From positions 66,965-130,964 of the forward strand of contig CAZIPI010000002.1 of NCBI GenBank assembly GCA_964541235.1: a stretch of 64,000 bases of DNA, written 5' to 3'. This stretch comes from an uncultured bacterium (GTDB taxonomy: Bacteria > Fermentibacterota > Fermentibacteria > Fermentibacterales > JCC-6). Of the stretch, positions 47,593-57,182 are shown piece by piece. How positions within the stretch are numbered: the first letter of the stretch is position 1; each line of letters begins with the position of its first letter. Under the pieces are notes generated by a model. The model was not told the origin of the DNA and ran no database searches. It saw only the letters and a program-made list of their open reading frames with translations. A program made the position numbers and the translations under genes.

Positions 47593-48968
47593 CTCTTCAT
47601 CTCCTCACGGTCCACCGGGAGCAGTATGGAGAACGTGGTTCCTTTCCCTGGAACGCTGGACAGCAGTTTCAGGCTGCCCCTGTGGTACTCCTCCACGATC
47701 CGTTTCGATAAGGGAAGCCCGAGTCCCCAGCCTCCCCTGCGGGTGGAGTAGCCAGGTTTGAAAACCTTCCCGTGTTCCCTGGGGGGTATCCCCCTTCCAT
47801 TGTCGCTTACCTGTATCTCCACCAGGGAGTGGCTCTCGTCGGGGTAATCGCAGACAACCTCCACGCGGCCCGGTTCATCTCCCGACGAACATGCGGCTAC
47901 GGCATTCTTTATCAGGTTCTCCAGCACCCAGCCAAGAAGAACGGCGTTACCCACCACCGGCGCATCCACAAGCCTCCCTGTCTCGACCGACACGCCGCCC
48001 ATCAGACCGGGCCTCTCCGAGAAGTAGGCGACGGTATCGCAGATAACCCCTGACAGGGCCACGGGTTCCATCTTCGGCTTCCTGCCGATGTGGGCATACC
48101 TTTGGGTGATCTCCGACAGCCTCTCCACATCCACCCTCATGGCTCTCAGGGCTTCGGAAGCTTCCGGGTCGGAGTAGAGGCCCGGGTTCTCCGCCACAAG
48201 CTCCAGCCAGCCCATCAGCGATGACAAAGGAGTGCTTATCTGGTGTGCGGTCTCCCTTGCGAACCCAACCCACGACATCTCCCGCTCATGCTTCCTCTCA
48301 CCACGCATGAAAAGGATCATCAGACCGCCGATCAGTATCACGAAGCCCAGCTCGATGACGGGCATCAGGGTGATCTCGCGGAAGATCGGGTCTGAACCGT
48401 AGTGAAGGTACCCGAGCTCCGTCCCTCCAGGTCCGGAGATTGGTATGGGGACGTTCACCTGGTCAAGGGCCTTGATCCTCATCCTGTAGGAGACCAGGGA
48501 ATCCGACAGAACATCGTCTTCCACTGGACGGCCATCCACTACCTGCGGGTATCCCCTGTTGTCAGTGAAGATTATCGAGTAGGGAAGCCTGTGGACCAGG
48601 TCGGAGTAGAGGCGCCTGGCCATCTCCTGTACTTCGCGCCTCTGCTCGGCGTTCATCTCGGAGGTGGCCACGAAAAGCGTTACCCTTCGGCAATCCGGGC
48701 AGTAACCGGTCGCATGATGCTGCTCGGGAATCCTTTCCAGTGGAATGGAATGGCCGCATTCGGTGCATACCGAAAGGCCCTCCCTGCCGGCGATGAAGCT
48801 CAGGGGATACTGGATCCCGGCCCAGAACCAGGCGATGGTCTCGTTGGCAATGCGGTTCGACCTGCGAAGCCTCTCCACGAGGTTGTGGGTGTACCAGACC
48901 AGAAGCCACGTCGCCAGAGTGGCGAACACGATTATCAGAAGCCTTCTTCCGAGAGTGAATGTCATGCG
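47586..48968 (-). CDS. sensor histidine kinase with an extracytoplasmic Cys4 zinc-ribbon-containing loop (PorY-like partner)
   Basis: Two TMs flank a ~190-aa loop containing CTECGH...CPDCRR. HisKA H-box ETAHQISTPL. HATPase_c N/G boxes (NLIKNAV, DNGRGI, GWGLGL). Confidence 0.8.
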   Translation of the reverse strand, partial: RMTFTLGRRLLIIVFATLATWLLVWYTHNLVERLRRSNRIANETIAWFWAGIQYPLSFIAGREGLSVCTECGHSIPLERIPEQHHATGYCPDCRRVTLFVATSEMNAEQRREVQEMARRLYSDLVHRLPYSIIFTDNRGYPQVVDGRPVEDDVLSDSLVSYRMRIKALDQVNVPIPISGPGGTELGYLHYGSDPIFREITLMPVIELGFVILIGGLMILFMRGERKHEREMSWVGFARETAHQISTPLSSLMGWLELVAENPGLYSDPEASEALRAMRVDVERLSEITQRYAHIGRKPKMEPVALSGVICDTVAYFSERPGLMGGVSVETGRLVDAPVVGNAVLLGWVLENLIKNAVAACSSGDEPGRVEVVCDYPDESHSLVEIQVSDNGRGIPPREHGKVFKPGYSTRRGGWGLGLPLSKRIVEEYHRGSLKLLSSVPGKGTTFSILLPVDREEMKSC

Positions 48969-49197
48969 CACCCCCTGGCCACCGGACGACCCCCCGGGAC
49001 CAACCTGCCCAGGGCACTTCAAGAACCGGACAAGGCGCCGGATGGGCATAATCGCTCAAGAGCGTCCCTGTGTCAAACCCGCGGACCTGCCGGCGTTGCC
49101 GGCCCCCGAAAGCGGTATGGACATCCGGTCTTCCCGTGGATAGACTAACGGCTCGCAAACGAGAACATACACGTCCGGCAACCCCTGGGGGTCAGAT

Positions 49198-51081
49198 ATG
49201 CCTTCATTCAAAGGGCGCACTTTCCGTACGGCATCTTTCGTTCTTCTGGCCCTGCTTCTCTGTGTCACCGGCGCAGGGCTCGCCAGGGCCGGCGGCGGGC
49301 AGAGCTACGGCGGCGGCAGGAGCGGAGGCGGGGGCGGGGGCGGCGGAGACGGGCTGGGGGTGCTGGTCTATCTGCTTGTAAGGTTGTGCGTGGAACAGCC
49401 ATGCATAGGTATCCCCCTCACCGCGGCCCTGATCATCATGGTGGTGGTGATCAACAAGCGCCGCAGGAAGATGCAGGAGCAGTACATAGCGCGTGCTGCC
49501 TCGCAAAGGCGGGATGCCGCGGCCGTCAGGGGCGCTGCGGACGTCAGAATCCTCGAGGCCGCCGATCCCGCATTCACCGGGGCCCGTTTCGAGGAAACCG
49601 TGAAAACGGCCTTTCTGGCTGTACAGAGCGCCTGGAGCGTTCAGGACATGTCAGGCGTGAAAGCTTTCGTCAGCGACGGCGTGCGGGAAAGGTTCGGCCT
49701 GCAGTTCCAGATCCAGCGCGCGCTGGGGTACCGGAACACGATGGACAACCTGGCCGTGCTTGGCGTGAGGGTGGCGGGGGCCTCGGTTGACGCGGGATTT
49801 CAAACGATCCACGCCGGGATCCACGCCAGGGCCGACGACGCCGACGTTGACCTCGCAACCGGAAGAAGGATCAGGACCAATACGAGGAACGATTTTCACG
49901 AGTACTGGACGTTCCTGAGGAGACCCGGGGCCGGAACCCCGGAAAAGGGCGGCCTTGTTCAGGGGTTCTGCCCCAACTGCGGAGCTTCCTTGTCGGTGAG
50001 CGACGCCGGGGTCTGCGAGTACTGCGGCGCCTGGATAACAAGCGGCGCGTACGACTGGATACTCACCGGAATTACCCAGGAATCCGAGTGGAAGCCTTTG
50101 TCGCCCCCCGAAGGGATTCCCGGATTCGCGGAAATGGTGCGAAAGGATCCCGGCTTCAGCATCCAGCCCCTTCTGGACACCACCTCCGTGGTGTTCTGGA
50201 GGTATGTGAGCTGCTACTTCCTCGGCTCCACCGATCCCATGGTGAAGGTGGCCTCACCTGTCTTCACCCCCGTTCTTCGTAACAGGATGGACCAGGCAGT
50301 TGAGGGGGACTGGCACTTGTACTTCCATGATGCTGCGGTTGGTTCGGTGGAGGTCATTGAGATAGTTCCAGGAGACGATGTGGACCGGGTCAGAGTGCTC
50401 GTGAAGTGGTCTGCGTGGAACAGGTGGAGAAATCCGGCGGGACAGAGCAGGGGTTCAGGCGACAGGAGCATCAGGCCGCAGGTGTTCACCATGTCACGTC
50501 TTTCCGCTGTGAGAACAAGAACAGAAACCGACTTCCACTCCGCCCACTGCCCCGGGTGCGGCGCCCCATACACCAACGGAGCCTCGGGCAGCTGCGAATA
50601 CTGCGGCAGACCCCTCAATGACGGATCGGGCGCCTGGGTCCTTGAAGACATAACGGCTCTGGGCGCGGAGATGCTTTCCAGGGTTCCGGGACATGACAGC
50701 ATCAGGAACCCCGACCTGGCGCTGATGGCCATGGTCGCCACAATGTTCGCCGATGGTTCGCCTGGTCCGGAGGAGCGGAAGCTGCTGGACGGATTCGCCG
50801 CCTCCAGGGGAGTGCCCCCCGAAAAGGTTGACCAGATCATCGCCTCTGCCGGGCAGGACGGTGTCCTCCCAAGAGCGCAGAGCCCCGGCGAGGCAAAGGC
50901 GGTTCTGGCGGAAATGGTTGCAGTTGCCCTGGCCGACGGAACCATCTGCGCCGACGAAATGAAGTTCCTTGAGGCCTATGCCGGAAGGGCGGGGCTCTCA
51001 GCGGCGGATCTCAGGTCGGTCGTCTCGGGGCAGAGGCGTCGCCTCTACAGGGAGGCCAGGAGCAGCCGGGGAGGCAACTAG
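49198..51081 (+). CDS. membrane protein with duplicated Tim44-like plus zinc-ribbon modules and a TerB-like C-terminal domain
   Basis: Signal/TM, Gly-rich tract, then two repeats each ending in CPxCG...CEYCG. C-terminal region resembles TerB (PDLALMAMVATMFADG...DEMKFLEAYA). Confidence 0.55.
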   Translation: MPSFKGRTFRTASFVLLALLLCVTGAGLARAGGGQSYGGGRSGGGGGGGGDGLGVLVYLLVRLCVEQPCIGIPLTAALIIMVVVINKRRRKMQEQYIARAASQRRDAAAVRGAADVRILEAADPAFTGARFEETVKTAFLAVQSAWSVQDMSGVKAFVSDGVRERFGLQFQIQRALGYRNTMDNLAVLGVRVAGASVDAGFQTIHAGIHARADDADVDLATGRRIRTNTRNDFHEYWTFLRRPGAGTPEKGGLVQGFCPNCGASLSVSDAGVCEYCGAWITSGAYDWILTGITQESEWKPLSPPEGIPGFAEMVRKDPGFSIQPLLDTTSVVFWRYVSCYFLGSTDPMVKVASPVFTPVLRNRMDQAVEGDWHLYFHDAAVGSVEVIEIVPGDDVDRVRVLVKWSAWNRWRNPAGQSRGSGDRSIRPQVFTMSRLSAVRTRTETDFHSAHCPGCGAPYTNGASGSCEYCGRPLNDGSGAWVLEDITALGAEMLSRVPGHDSIRNPDLALMAMVATMFADGSPGPEERKLLDGFAASRGVPPEKVDQIIASAGQDGVLPRAQSPGEAKAVLAEMVAVALADGTICADEMKFLEAYAGRAGLSAADLRSVVSGQRRRLYREARSSRGGN

Positions 51082-52706
51082 GGACCCAGCGCCCTCATGT
51101 TGTCCGGCGGAAGGCTGTCCACCGCCATGTAACCTTCGGGCACCCTGCCGTCGAACCTGTAGATAATGGTACTCCCGGAACTGCTTCTCCACACTTCCGT
51201 GAGGAAGTCCGGCGGATCCGTCAGATCCCATTCCCTGCCGTCCGGCGACCTTCTCCACCTGCGGGACAGCCATGGCCTGAGGGCCGGAAGATCCGGATCT
51301 ACCGCCAGGTACTCAGCCCTATGCCCTTCAAGATACGGCCATAGAAGGGCTTCATAGTCGTTTGGCCAGGTGACCGTGGGCCTGCGGTACACCCAGTGGT
51401 ACAGCTCAACGTTGGGGTACGTGACGACCCACGAAGACTCAGGCGTGCTGTCCCTTAACCATCTTGCGGCCTCCATTGCCTCCCGGGCCCTTGGGCCGCT
51501 GCTTCTCCCGAGCACCTCGCCAAGGGGGCGGAGCAGGACAAGCGCGGCGACCAGGACAAGAGCGGGGAGCAGCCCCCTCACGCGGGTTTCATGGCGCACC
51601 GCCCCGGCGAAGCCGAAAGCCGCTACCATGGCATACACCGGAGCCATGTACCTGCCGCTGTGCTGGTGAACCGTGAGCGCAGCCATCAGGGGCAGGGCGA
51701 CAATGGCCGGCAGAACAAGCTTCCTCCTGAGCTGAGGGTCGCCGAGGCTGAGCATTGCGAAGACCAGGAAGAAAGCCATTGTCGGCTGGCCGAAGGGTTC
51801 ACCCCTCCCGGTGGAACCAGGCCCGAAAGGCTCGAGAACCCTTGCGGCGCCCTTGGCCATGTAAACGGCGCACGCAGCGGCACCCTGGTTGCGCAGCATG
51901 TCGCCGGGTCCGGGGGGCGAACTCCTTACGCTCCATGCGGACCAGTGGTTCTCGTTCATCACGAACTGGCTGTTCTGGCTGTAAAGGGGGCTTCCGAAGG
52001 CCTGTGCATTCCTCGCGAACCAAGGCATCGAGACCGCCAGGAAGATGAGCGTGAAAAGGGCAGCTTTCCCGAGTCTCGCCCTTCCTCCCCGGATCAGGAG
52101 CCACAGCCCCATTGAAAACGCCAGTATCAGCCCCTGCGTCCTGCTCATGTAGGCCAGCCCGGAGATGACTCCCAGGACAACCGTTCTTTTCCAGGAGACC
52201 TCGCCATTCCCGGCAGCGATGAGAGCCGAGAAGAGAAGCGCCGTATAGAGAAGCAGGCAGTCGGGCTGGGTGCTGAACCACACGAAGGGTGGATCAAGCG
52301 CCAGATAGCCAAGCGAAAGGAGGGCGACCCTCCCTCCAAGCGTGATGGCGGCCCAGCGGTGAAAGACAACCAGGCACAGCATGCCGATCGCAATGGCGAC
52401 AGCCTGTGCAGGTCTCATCCCTGGACCGGTGAACCTGAACACGGCTGACAGCAGCAAGGGAAGCAGGGGCTGCCGGTTGGCCTCGGGCCGAAGGTGATCC
52501 ATTGATTCATCGTAAAGAGTCCACTTCAGGAATGTTGTAAAGCCAAGCCCCCGGTTGAGATTGTCGGCCAGCAGGATGTTCGCCGCCATGCCGTCACCCT
52601 CCGGGGCCGGATTGCGAATGGCGGTGGCCAGCCTGACACCGAGTCCCGCCGCAAGTATCGCCAGAATGGCGGCAAGATTCCCGTGACCTGTAAGCAACCT
52701 TCTCAA
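51078..52706 (-). CDS. GT-C superfamily glycosyltransferase (ArnT/PMT-like, GT39/GT83)
   Basis: About 11 TM helices with a family-typical N-terminal loop, and a C-terminal periplasmic domain. Confidence 0.6.
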   Translation of the reverse strand: MRRLLTGHGNLAAILAILAAGLGVRLATAIRNPAPEGDGMAANILLADNLNRGLGFTTFLKWTLYDESMDHLRPEANRQPLLPLLLSAVFRFTGPGMRPAQAVAIAIGMLCLVVFHRWAAITLGGRVALLSLGYLALDPPFVWFSTQPDCLLLYTALLFSALIAAGNGEVSWKRTVVLGVISGLAYMSRTQGLILAFSMGLWLLIRGGRARLGKAALFTLIFLAVSMPWFARNAQAFGSPLYSQNSQFVMNENHWSAWSVRSSPPGPGDMLRNQGAAACAVYMAKGAARVLEPFGPGSTGRGEPFGQPTMAFFLVFAMLSLGDPQLRRKLVLPAIVALPLMAALTVHQHSGRYMAPVYAMVAAFGFAGAVRHETRVRGLLPALVLVAALVLLRPLGEVLGRSSGPRAREAMEAARWLRDSTPESSWVVTYPNVELYHWVYRRPTVTWPNDYEALLWPYLEGHRAEYLAVDPDLPALRPWLSRRWRRSPDGREWDLTDPPDFLTEVWRSSSGSTIIYRFDGRVPEGYMAVDSLPPDNMRALGP

Positions 52707-52789
52707 GACGCCGACCTTTCCTCAGGGGACCAGGGTTGTATCTTACTTCAACACGGAAACCACAGCCACCACCGGAAAGGAGGAGGGGC

Positions 52790-53560
52790 ATGCTCACCGG
52801 GGCCACATGGAACGTGAACTCGGTCAGGGCCAGACTGCCGCATCTGGTGCAATGGCTTTCAAAGAACCCCGTGGACGTTCTCTGCCTTCAGGAGACCAAG
52901 GTCACCGACGATCTGTTCCCCGCGGACTCCTTCAGGGAACTGGGTTACTCAGCGGTCACCCACGGTCAGAAGACCTACAACGGGGTTGCCGTTCTAAGCA
53001 GGGTTCCGGTACATGACATCAGCACCGGGCTGCCCTCTGGCTTCCTTGACGACCAGGCCAGGCTTGTCTCGTTCACTGTGAACGGCATCAGGATCCTGAA
53101 CGTGTACGTCCCCAACGGGGGCGACGTTGACCTGCCTGCGTTCGGCCAGAAACTCAGGTGGCTCGATGAACTGCTGGCGTATGCCTCCGCAATCAACGGG
53201 CCTGTAATGGTAACCGGCGACTTCAACGTTGCTCCCGGGCCCGATGACACCCATTCGCCGCAGGAACAGGACGGTTCGGTATGCTACCATCCGCTGGAAA
53301 GGCAGAGGCTGCAGGCCTTTCTCGAACGCGGCTTCGTGGACGGGTTCAGGTTGTTCCATCCCGCCGGCAAGGCCTACACATGGTGGGATTACAGGGCGGG
53401 AGCCTTCAGACGCAACATGGGGATGCGCCTTGACCTGGTTCTCGCATCCGAAAGCGCCGCCGGCCTTCTCCTTTCGGTTGAGAACGACCCGGAGCCAAGA
53501 ACATGGGAAAAGCCCTCGGACCACATCCCGGTTGTGTTCAGGGCATCCCTCAAGGAATGA
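52790..53560 (+). CDS. xth: exodeoxyribonuclease III
   Basis: MLTGATWNVNS...LCLQETK plus the C-terminal SDHIPV motif. EEP nuclease family. Confidence 0.9.
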   Translation: MLTGATWNVNSVRARLPHLVQWLSKNPVDVLCLQETKVTDDLFPADSFRELGYSAVTHGQKTYNGVAVLSRVPVHDISTGLPSGFLDDQARLVSFTVNGIRILNVYVPNGGDVDLPAFGQKLRWLDELLAYASAINGPVMVTGDFNVAPGPDDTHSPQEQDGSVCYHPLERQRLQAFLERGFVDGFRLFHPAGKAYTWWDYRAGAFRRNMGMRLDLVLASESAAGLLLSVENDPEPRTWEKPSDHIPVVFRASLKE

Positions 53561-53582
53561 AACGGCCTGGTCCGGTGTAGAA

Positions 53583-54524
53583 ATGGTATCGAAGGAGGTT
53601 CTCATGAGGATGATGATGTTCCTTGCCGCGGTTGCCATCGCATGCGGCACGCTCCACTCCGAAAACAGGGAATTGCCGCTGGTGAACGTTCATGAATGGG
53701 GCGTGCTCTCATGGGATGGTCCTGCTCCGGTGTTCACGGGGAACCCTGAGACAGCGGTCCCGGACCCGGGAGGCGTCATGCTCAGGGCGCCCGTGCTGTA
53801 CTTCCACGGCCCGGAATTCACTGGAACCGTGACCGTGAAGACCTCGAACGGGCTCATGGCCCAGGTTTACCCCGAGCCCACCCAGGGCGGAGCGGGACAG
53901 GAGTTCTGCTCCTGGACGGGTTCGTTCGGGTACCCGCGGGCGGGTCTGGGTATCAGGGGTATGACCGCAGCCATTGACCGCCTTATGGAGACAGGGGTTC
54001 CGGCATGGCCGCTCCATCTCTGGAGGACCGGTGAAAGCATGACCGTGACCACTTCATGCGCAGTCGAGAGCTTCCTCTACTACGAGACCCTCCCGGTTGA
54101 CACCGGGTTCCTTCCCTACATACCCGGCGCTGAGACCGTTGCCGGCCGGTGGAGCGGCACCGAGGCCATCGTGATAAGACGTTCCCAGAACGGCATCGTC
54201 TATTCCCGTTGCTCTCTGGAAGAGATAACGGGCAGAGCGGACATGGCCTACAGCGAACTGCACCCCGACAGGATCCATGACATTCTCAGGGAGTGGTCCC
54301 GGGACATCATCGATCTCGAAGAGGTTGACGCTCTCTGGAACACCTGGACGCAATGGATATGCAGGGAGCACATGGATGGCGGGACCTACGCGAACGGGCT
54401 GGTCCTCTACCTTGTACCCGAGTCTCTCCTGCACGAGATGAGCACCATCGAGGTGGAGGCCGAAGCTCCTTCGCCGTACCCCTTCCGTGTGCGAAGGTTC
54501 ATCCTCGCCGCGGTCCCCCTTTAA
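53583..54524 (+). CDS. secreted hypothetical protein, tandem paralog A
   Basis: Signal peptide MRMMMFLAAVAIACG. Shares VHEWGV, V(L/V)YFHGP.F.GT.TV, FLYYET and E.DALWxTW with the next ORF. The ORF-track start at 53229 lies inside xth. Confidence 0.55.
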   Translation: MVSKEVLMRMMMFLAAVAIACGTLHSENRELPLVNVHEWGVLSWDGPAPVFTGNPETAVPDPGGVMLRAPVLYFHGPEFTGTVTVKTSNGLMAQVYPEPTQGGAGQEFCSWTGSFGYPRAGLGIRGMTAAIDRLMETGVPAWPLHLWRTGESMTVTTSCAVESFLYYETLPVDTGFLPYIPGAETVAGRWSGTEAIVIRRSQNGIVYSRCSLEEITGRADMAYSELHPDRIHDILREWSRDIIDLEEVDALWNTWTQWICREHMDGGTYANGLVLYLVPESLLHEMSTIEVEAEAPSPYPFRVRRFILAAVPL

Positions 54525-54530
54525 GGAGGG

Positions 54531-55445
54531 ATGCCCATGTTCCCACTGCTGTTCCCGCTCATTGCGGACACGGTCGTAGTGCCCCCTTTCGATGCCACTC
54601 ATGTCAGGGTCCATGAATGGGGTGTGGTCATGTTCACTTCCGCGGGCAGCGAGGCAACCGGCGCCCCCGGGGGGTTCTACGGGTTCGACCCCTTCGGCCC
54701 CCTTCTGGTTGACGCCCCGGTGGTCTGGTTCCACGGAGCCCCCTTCAGGGGGACCTTCACCGTCAGGGCCGGAATGGGCTTCATCTCCGCCGCCTATCCC
54801 CAGCCCGCGGAGGGTTACGAAGGGCTGACCCCGGCAACGGCTGTCTGGAACATTCAGGGCGCTGTTCCGGTCCCATTCGACGAAGCGCCGGTACCCGTGG
54901 TTCCCGAAAACACTCCCTTCGAATGGGCGATGGACAGCTGGCGAAATGTTCCCTGCCTGGAGCTGTACGACCATGAGGGAAGACCCCTCGACCGCTTCCT
55001 CTACTACGAGACCGCGATACCCGACGGCATCCACAGCCGCATGAACACAGTGGTGGATGACGGAGTTCAGCTCGCCGGGCATTTCTCGCCGGAAGGGCTT
55101 CTGATAGCCACGGGCCCCGAACCGGCGGTCCACACGCACCACATAGTGCCCCTGCCTTCCCTCAGCGACTCCCGTGATGCCCTCAGGCTGCCGCTCTCAC
55201 GTCAGGGCACGCTTGACAGGCTCTGCGACTGGGCCGGCGGGAACCTGAAGTCGCAGGAGATAGATGCGCTGTGGCGAACCTGGGAGCCCTTCTTCATGGA
55301 GAGGCCGGAGGGCGAGCGCTGGCTGCTCTTCCCCCTTCCCCCTGAGTTGGTCGAGAGCATCAGCAGCATCAACCTCCAGTTGGAAGCCCGCTACATGTCC
55401 GTTGAGTATCACAGGCTCTTCCTGGGGCTGGTAAGGCTCCGGTGA
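54531..55445 (+). CDS. secreted hypothetical protein, tandem paralog B
   Basis: N-terminal hydrophobic MPMFPLLFPLIADTVVV. Same conserved blocks as paralog A. 6-nt intergenic gap. Confidence 0.55.
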   Translation: MPMFPLLFPLIADTVVVPPFDATHVRVHEWGVVMFTSAGSEATGAPGGFYGFDPFGPLLVDAPVVWFHGAPFRGTFTVRAGMGFISAAYPQPAEGYEGLTPATAVWNIQGAVPVPFDEAPVPVVPENTPFEWAMDSWRNVPCLELYDHEGRPLDRFLYYETAIPDGIHSRMNTVVDDGVQLAGHFSPEGLLIATGPEPAVHTHHIVPLPSLSDSRDALRLPLSRQGTLDRLCDWAGGNLKSQEIDALWRTWEPFFMERPEGERWLLFPLPPELVESISSINLQLEARYMSVEYHRLFLGLVRLR

Positions 55446-55467
55446 CGCTTCAGTACGCCTTCAGCCG

Positions 55468-56190
55468 ATGAACCCGGAGTTCCCCTACCAGACCGCCGCT
55501 GTGCTGCTGGCGGCAGGTGCCCTTCAGGGGTTCTGCGGCTTCGGATACTCCCTGCTGGCAATGCCCCTGCTGCTTGTGGCCATGCCGGCCAGGGCCGCCG
55601 TACCCGTGCTGTGCGTAACGGGCATTGCCCTGAACGGACTGCTGCTCTACGGCACCAGGCGGAGCTTCGACTTCAGAGGGCTCCTGCCTCTTGCTTTCGC
55701 AGGCTCGCTTTTCACACCGGCGGGGGCATGGCTCATCCGCGAGATCGATCCTCGAACCGCGAAGACGGTCATAGGGGCGGGTGTAGCCCTGATGTCGCTC
55801 GGGCTGCTGCTGGATCTCCGGCTGGGGCTGAAAAGGAACCTGGCCGGCTTGTTCGCGGCCGGGGCTGCAAGCGGCCTCCTGAACGGGTTCTCCACATTCA
55901 GCGGACCGCCGGTTGTGCTGCTTCTTGCGGCCGCCGGCGAGGAGAGGGACAGGATGAGGTCCTGCCTGGCAGGCTATTTCCTGGTTCTGGGGGTGATGGG
56001 AGCCGTGTCGTACTCCTTCATGGGCATGCTCAGCATTGAAGACCTGCCGGGGATCGGCCTTCTGCTGCCTTTTACAGTGCTTGGAGCGCTTCTTGGTTCC
56101 TTCCTTGCGGGAAGGACAGGCTCGGGGAAGTTCAGGAAGGTATCGCTTGTCTTGATGGCGGCCCTTGGGGGGTACTCCGCTGTCTTCTAA
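55468..56190 (+). CDS. TauE/SafE (DUF81) family sulfite/anion exporter membrane protein
   Basis: 240 aa, 7-8 TMs, Gly-rich family pattern (LQGFCGFGYSLLAMPLL, LLNGFSTFSGPPVV). Confidence 0.75.
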   Translation: MNPEFPYQTAAVLLAAGALQGFCGFGYSLLAMPLLLVAMPARAAVPVLCVTGIALNGLLLYGTRRSFDFRGLLPLAFAGSLFTPAGAWLIREIDPRTAKTVIGAGVALMSLGLLLDLRLGLKRNLAGLFAAGAASGLLNGFSTFSGPPVVLLLAAAGEERDRMRSCLAGYFLVLGVMGAVSYSFMGMLSIEDLPGIGLLLPFTVLGALLGSFLAGRTGSGKFRKVSLVLMAALGGYSAVF

Positions 56191-56693
56191 AGGAACGGCT
56201 CTCCCACCCTCCACTGGCCCTGCTGGAAGACCATTGCGAAACGTGCCCGGTCCGGTGTGCCCGAGGGTCGATCGACCTGGCAGACCACTATGGCCGTGTC
56301 ACCCCGCATCTCGTTTACCGAGCAGCTTACGAGGCTTCTCTCCGGGAGCTGTGAGACCAGGACCGGAGCATCCAGAACTATCCGTACAAGGTCGGTCTCG
56401 GTCCACCGGGTGATTTCCTGATCGCTGACCTGCCTGCCGGTCTGGCGGCTTATCTCCTCCGCGGCCGAAACAGGCTGAAGTCTTGCCATGGTGAGCATCA
56501 CCGAAAGGGCAGCCTGGTTCTCGCAGCTGAGCATTCCGTACACAGCCTCTGCGTCGAACCTGTAAACAGCATCAATGAAGCTTTCCATGGTCTGTACCGG
56601 TCCGCCGTCCAACAGGGGCACGCATATCAGAGCAAGAAGTAATCCCGCCATTCCAAGCCATCCTTTCGATCCGTCCCACACTCGAGGATACAT
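56187..56693 (-). CDS. small secreted hypothetical protein
   Basis: Probable start MYPRVWDGSKGWLGMAGLLLALICV (signal peptide). The long upstream ORF extension is probably not translated. Confidence 0.4.
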   Translation of the reverse strand: MYPRVWDGSKGWLGMAGLLLALICVPLLDGGPVQTMESFIDAVYRFDAEAVYGMLSCENQAALSVMLTMARLQPVSAAEEISRQTGRQVSDQEITRWTETDLVRIVLDAPVLVSQLPERSLVSCSVNEMRGDTAIVVCQVDRPSGTPDRARFAMVFQQGQWRVGEPFL

Positions 56694-56842
56694 GGAATCT
56701 ACGCCTGTCTTGAGCGGTAGTTCCACGGGTATTGCAGGCTGTTGACCGGCATACATATATTGATGCAGTGCATGGCCTTGGGGTGGCCAATGCACCTGGG
56801 CAGTGGTTTCCGTGTCATGAGCCGGTGCCCTGATGCAACAGC

Positions 56843-57124
56843 ATGGCACCGGATCGAGAGGGCGCATATCAAGTGAATCTCTACATTGGAAATCTGTCTT
56901 ACAAGGCCACGGAAGAGGAGCTAAAGGCCCACTTCGAGCGCTTCGGCACCGTTGCGGCGGCAAGGATCATCACAGACAGGGAGACCGGACGCTCCAGGGG
57001 GTTCGGCTTCGTGGAGATGCCGGACACCGCCCAGGCGGAGGCGGCAATCAGGGGAGCCGAAGGAAGCGAGTTCCTCGGACGCGAACTCAGGGTGAACGAA
57101 GCGAGGCCAAGGGAAAGGGAGTAG
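56843..57124 (+). CDS. RRM-type RNA-binding protein
   Basis: RNP2 LYIGNL and RNP1 RGFGFVEM motifs. 93 aa. Confidence 0.85.
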   Translation: MAPDREGAYQVNLYIGNLSYKATEEELKAHFERFGTVAAARIITDRETGRSRGFGFVEMPDTAQAEAAIRGAEGSEFLGRELRVNEARPRERE

Positions 57125-57136
57125 ACCCGGCGTTAA

Positions 57137-57169
57137 GAAGAGGGCGGAGGCTTTCACCTCCGCCCTCTC
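57137..57169. terminator. intrinsic terminator hairpin between convergent genes
   Basis: AAGAGGGCGGAGG-CTTTCA-CCTCCGCCCTCT, a 12-bp stem followed by TTGGTTCTTC. Confidence 0.55.
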
Positions 57170-57182
57170 TTGGTTCTTCAGG

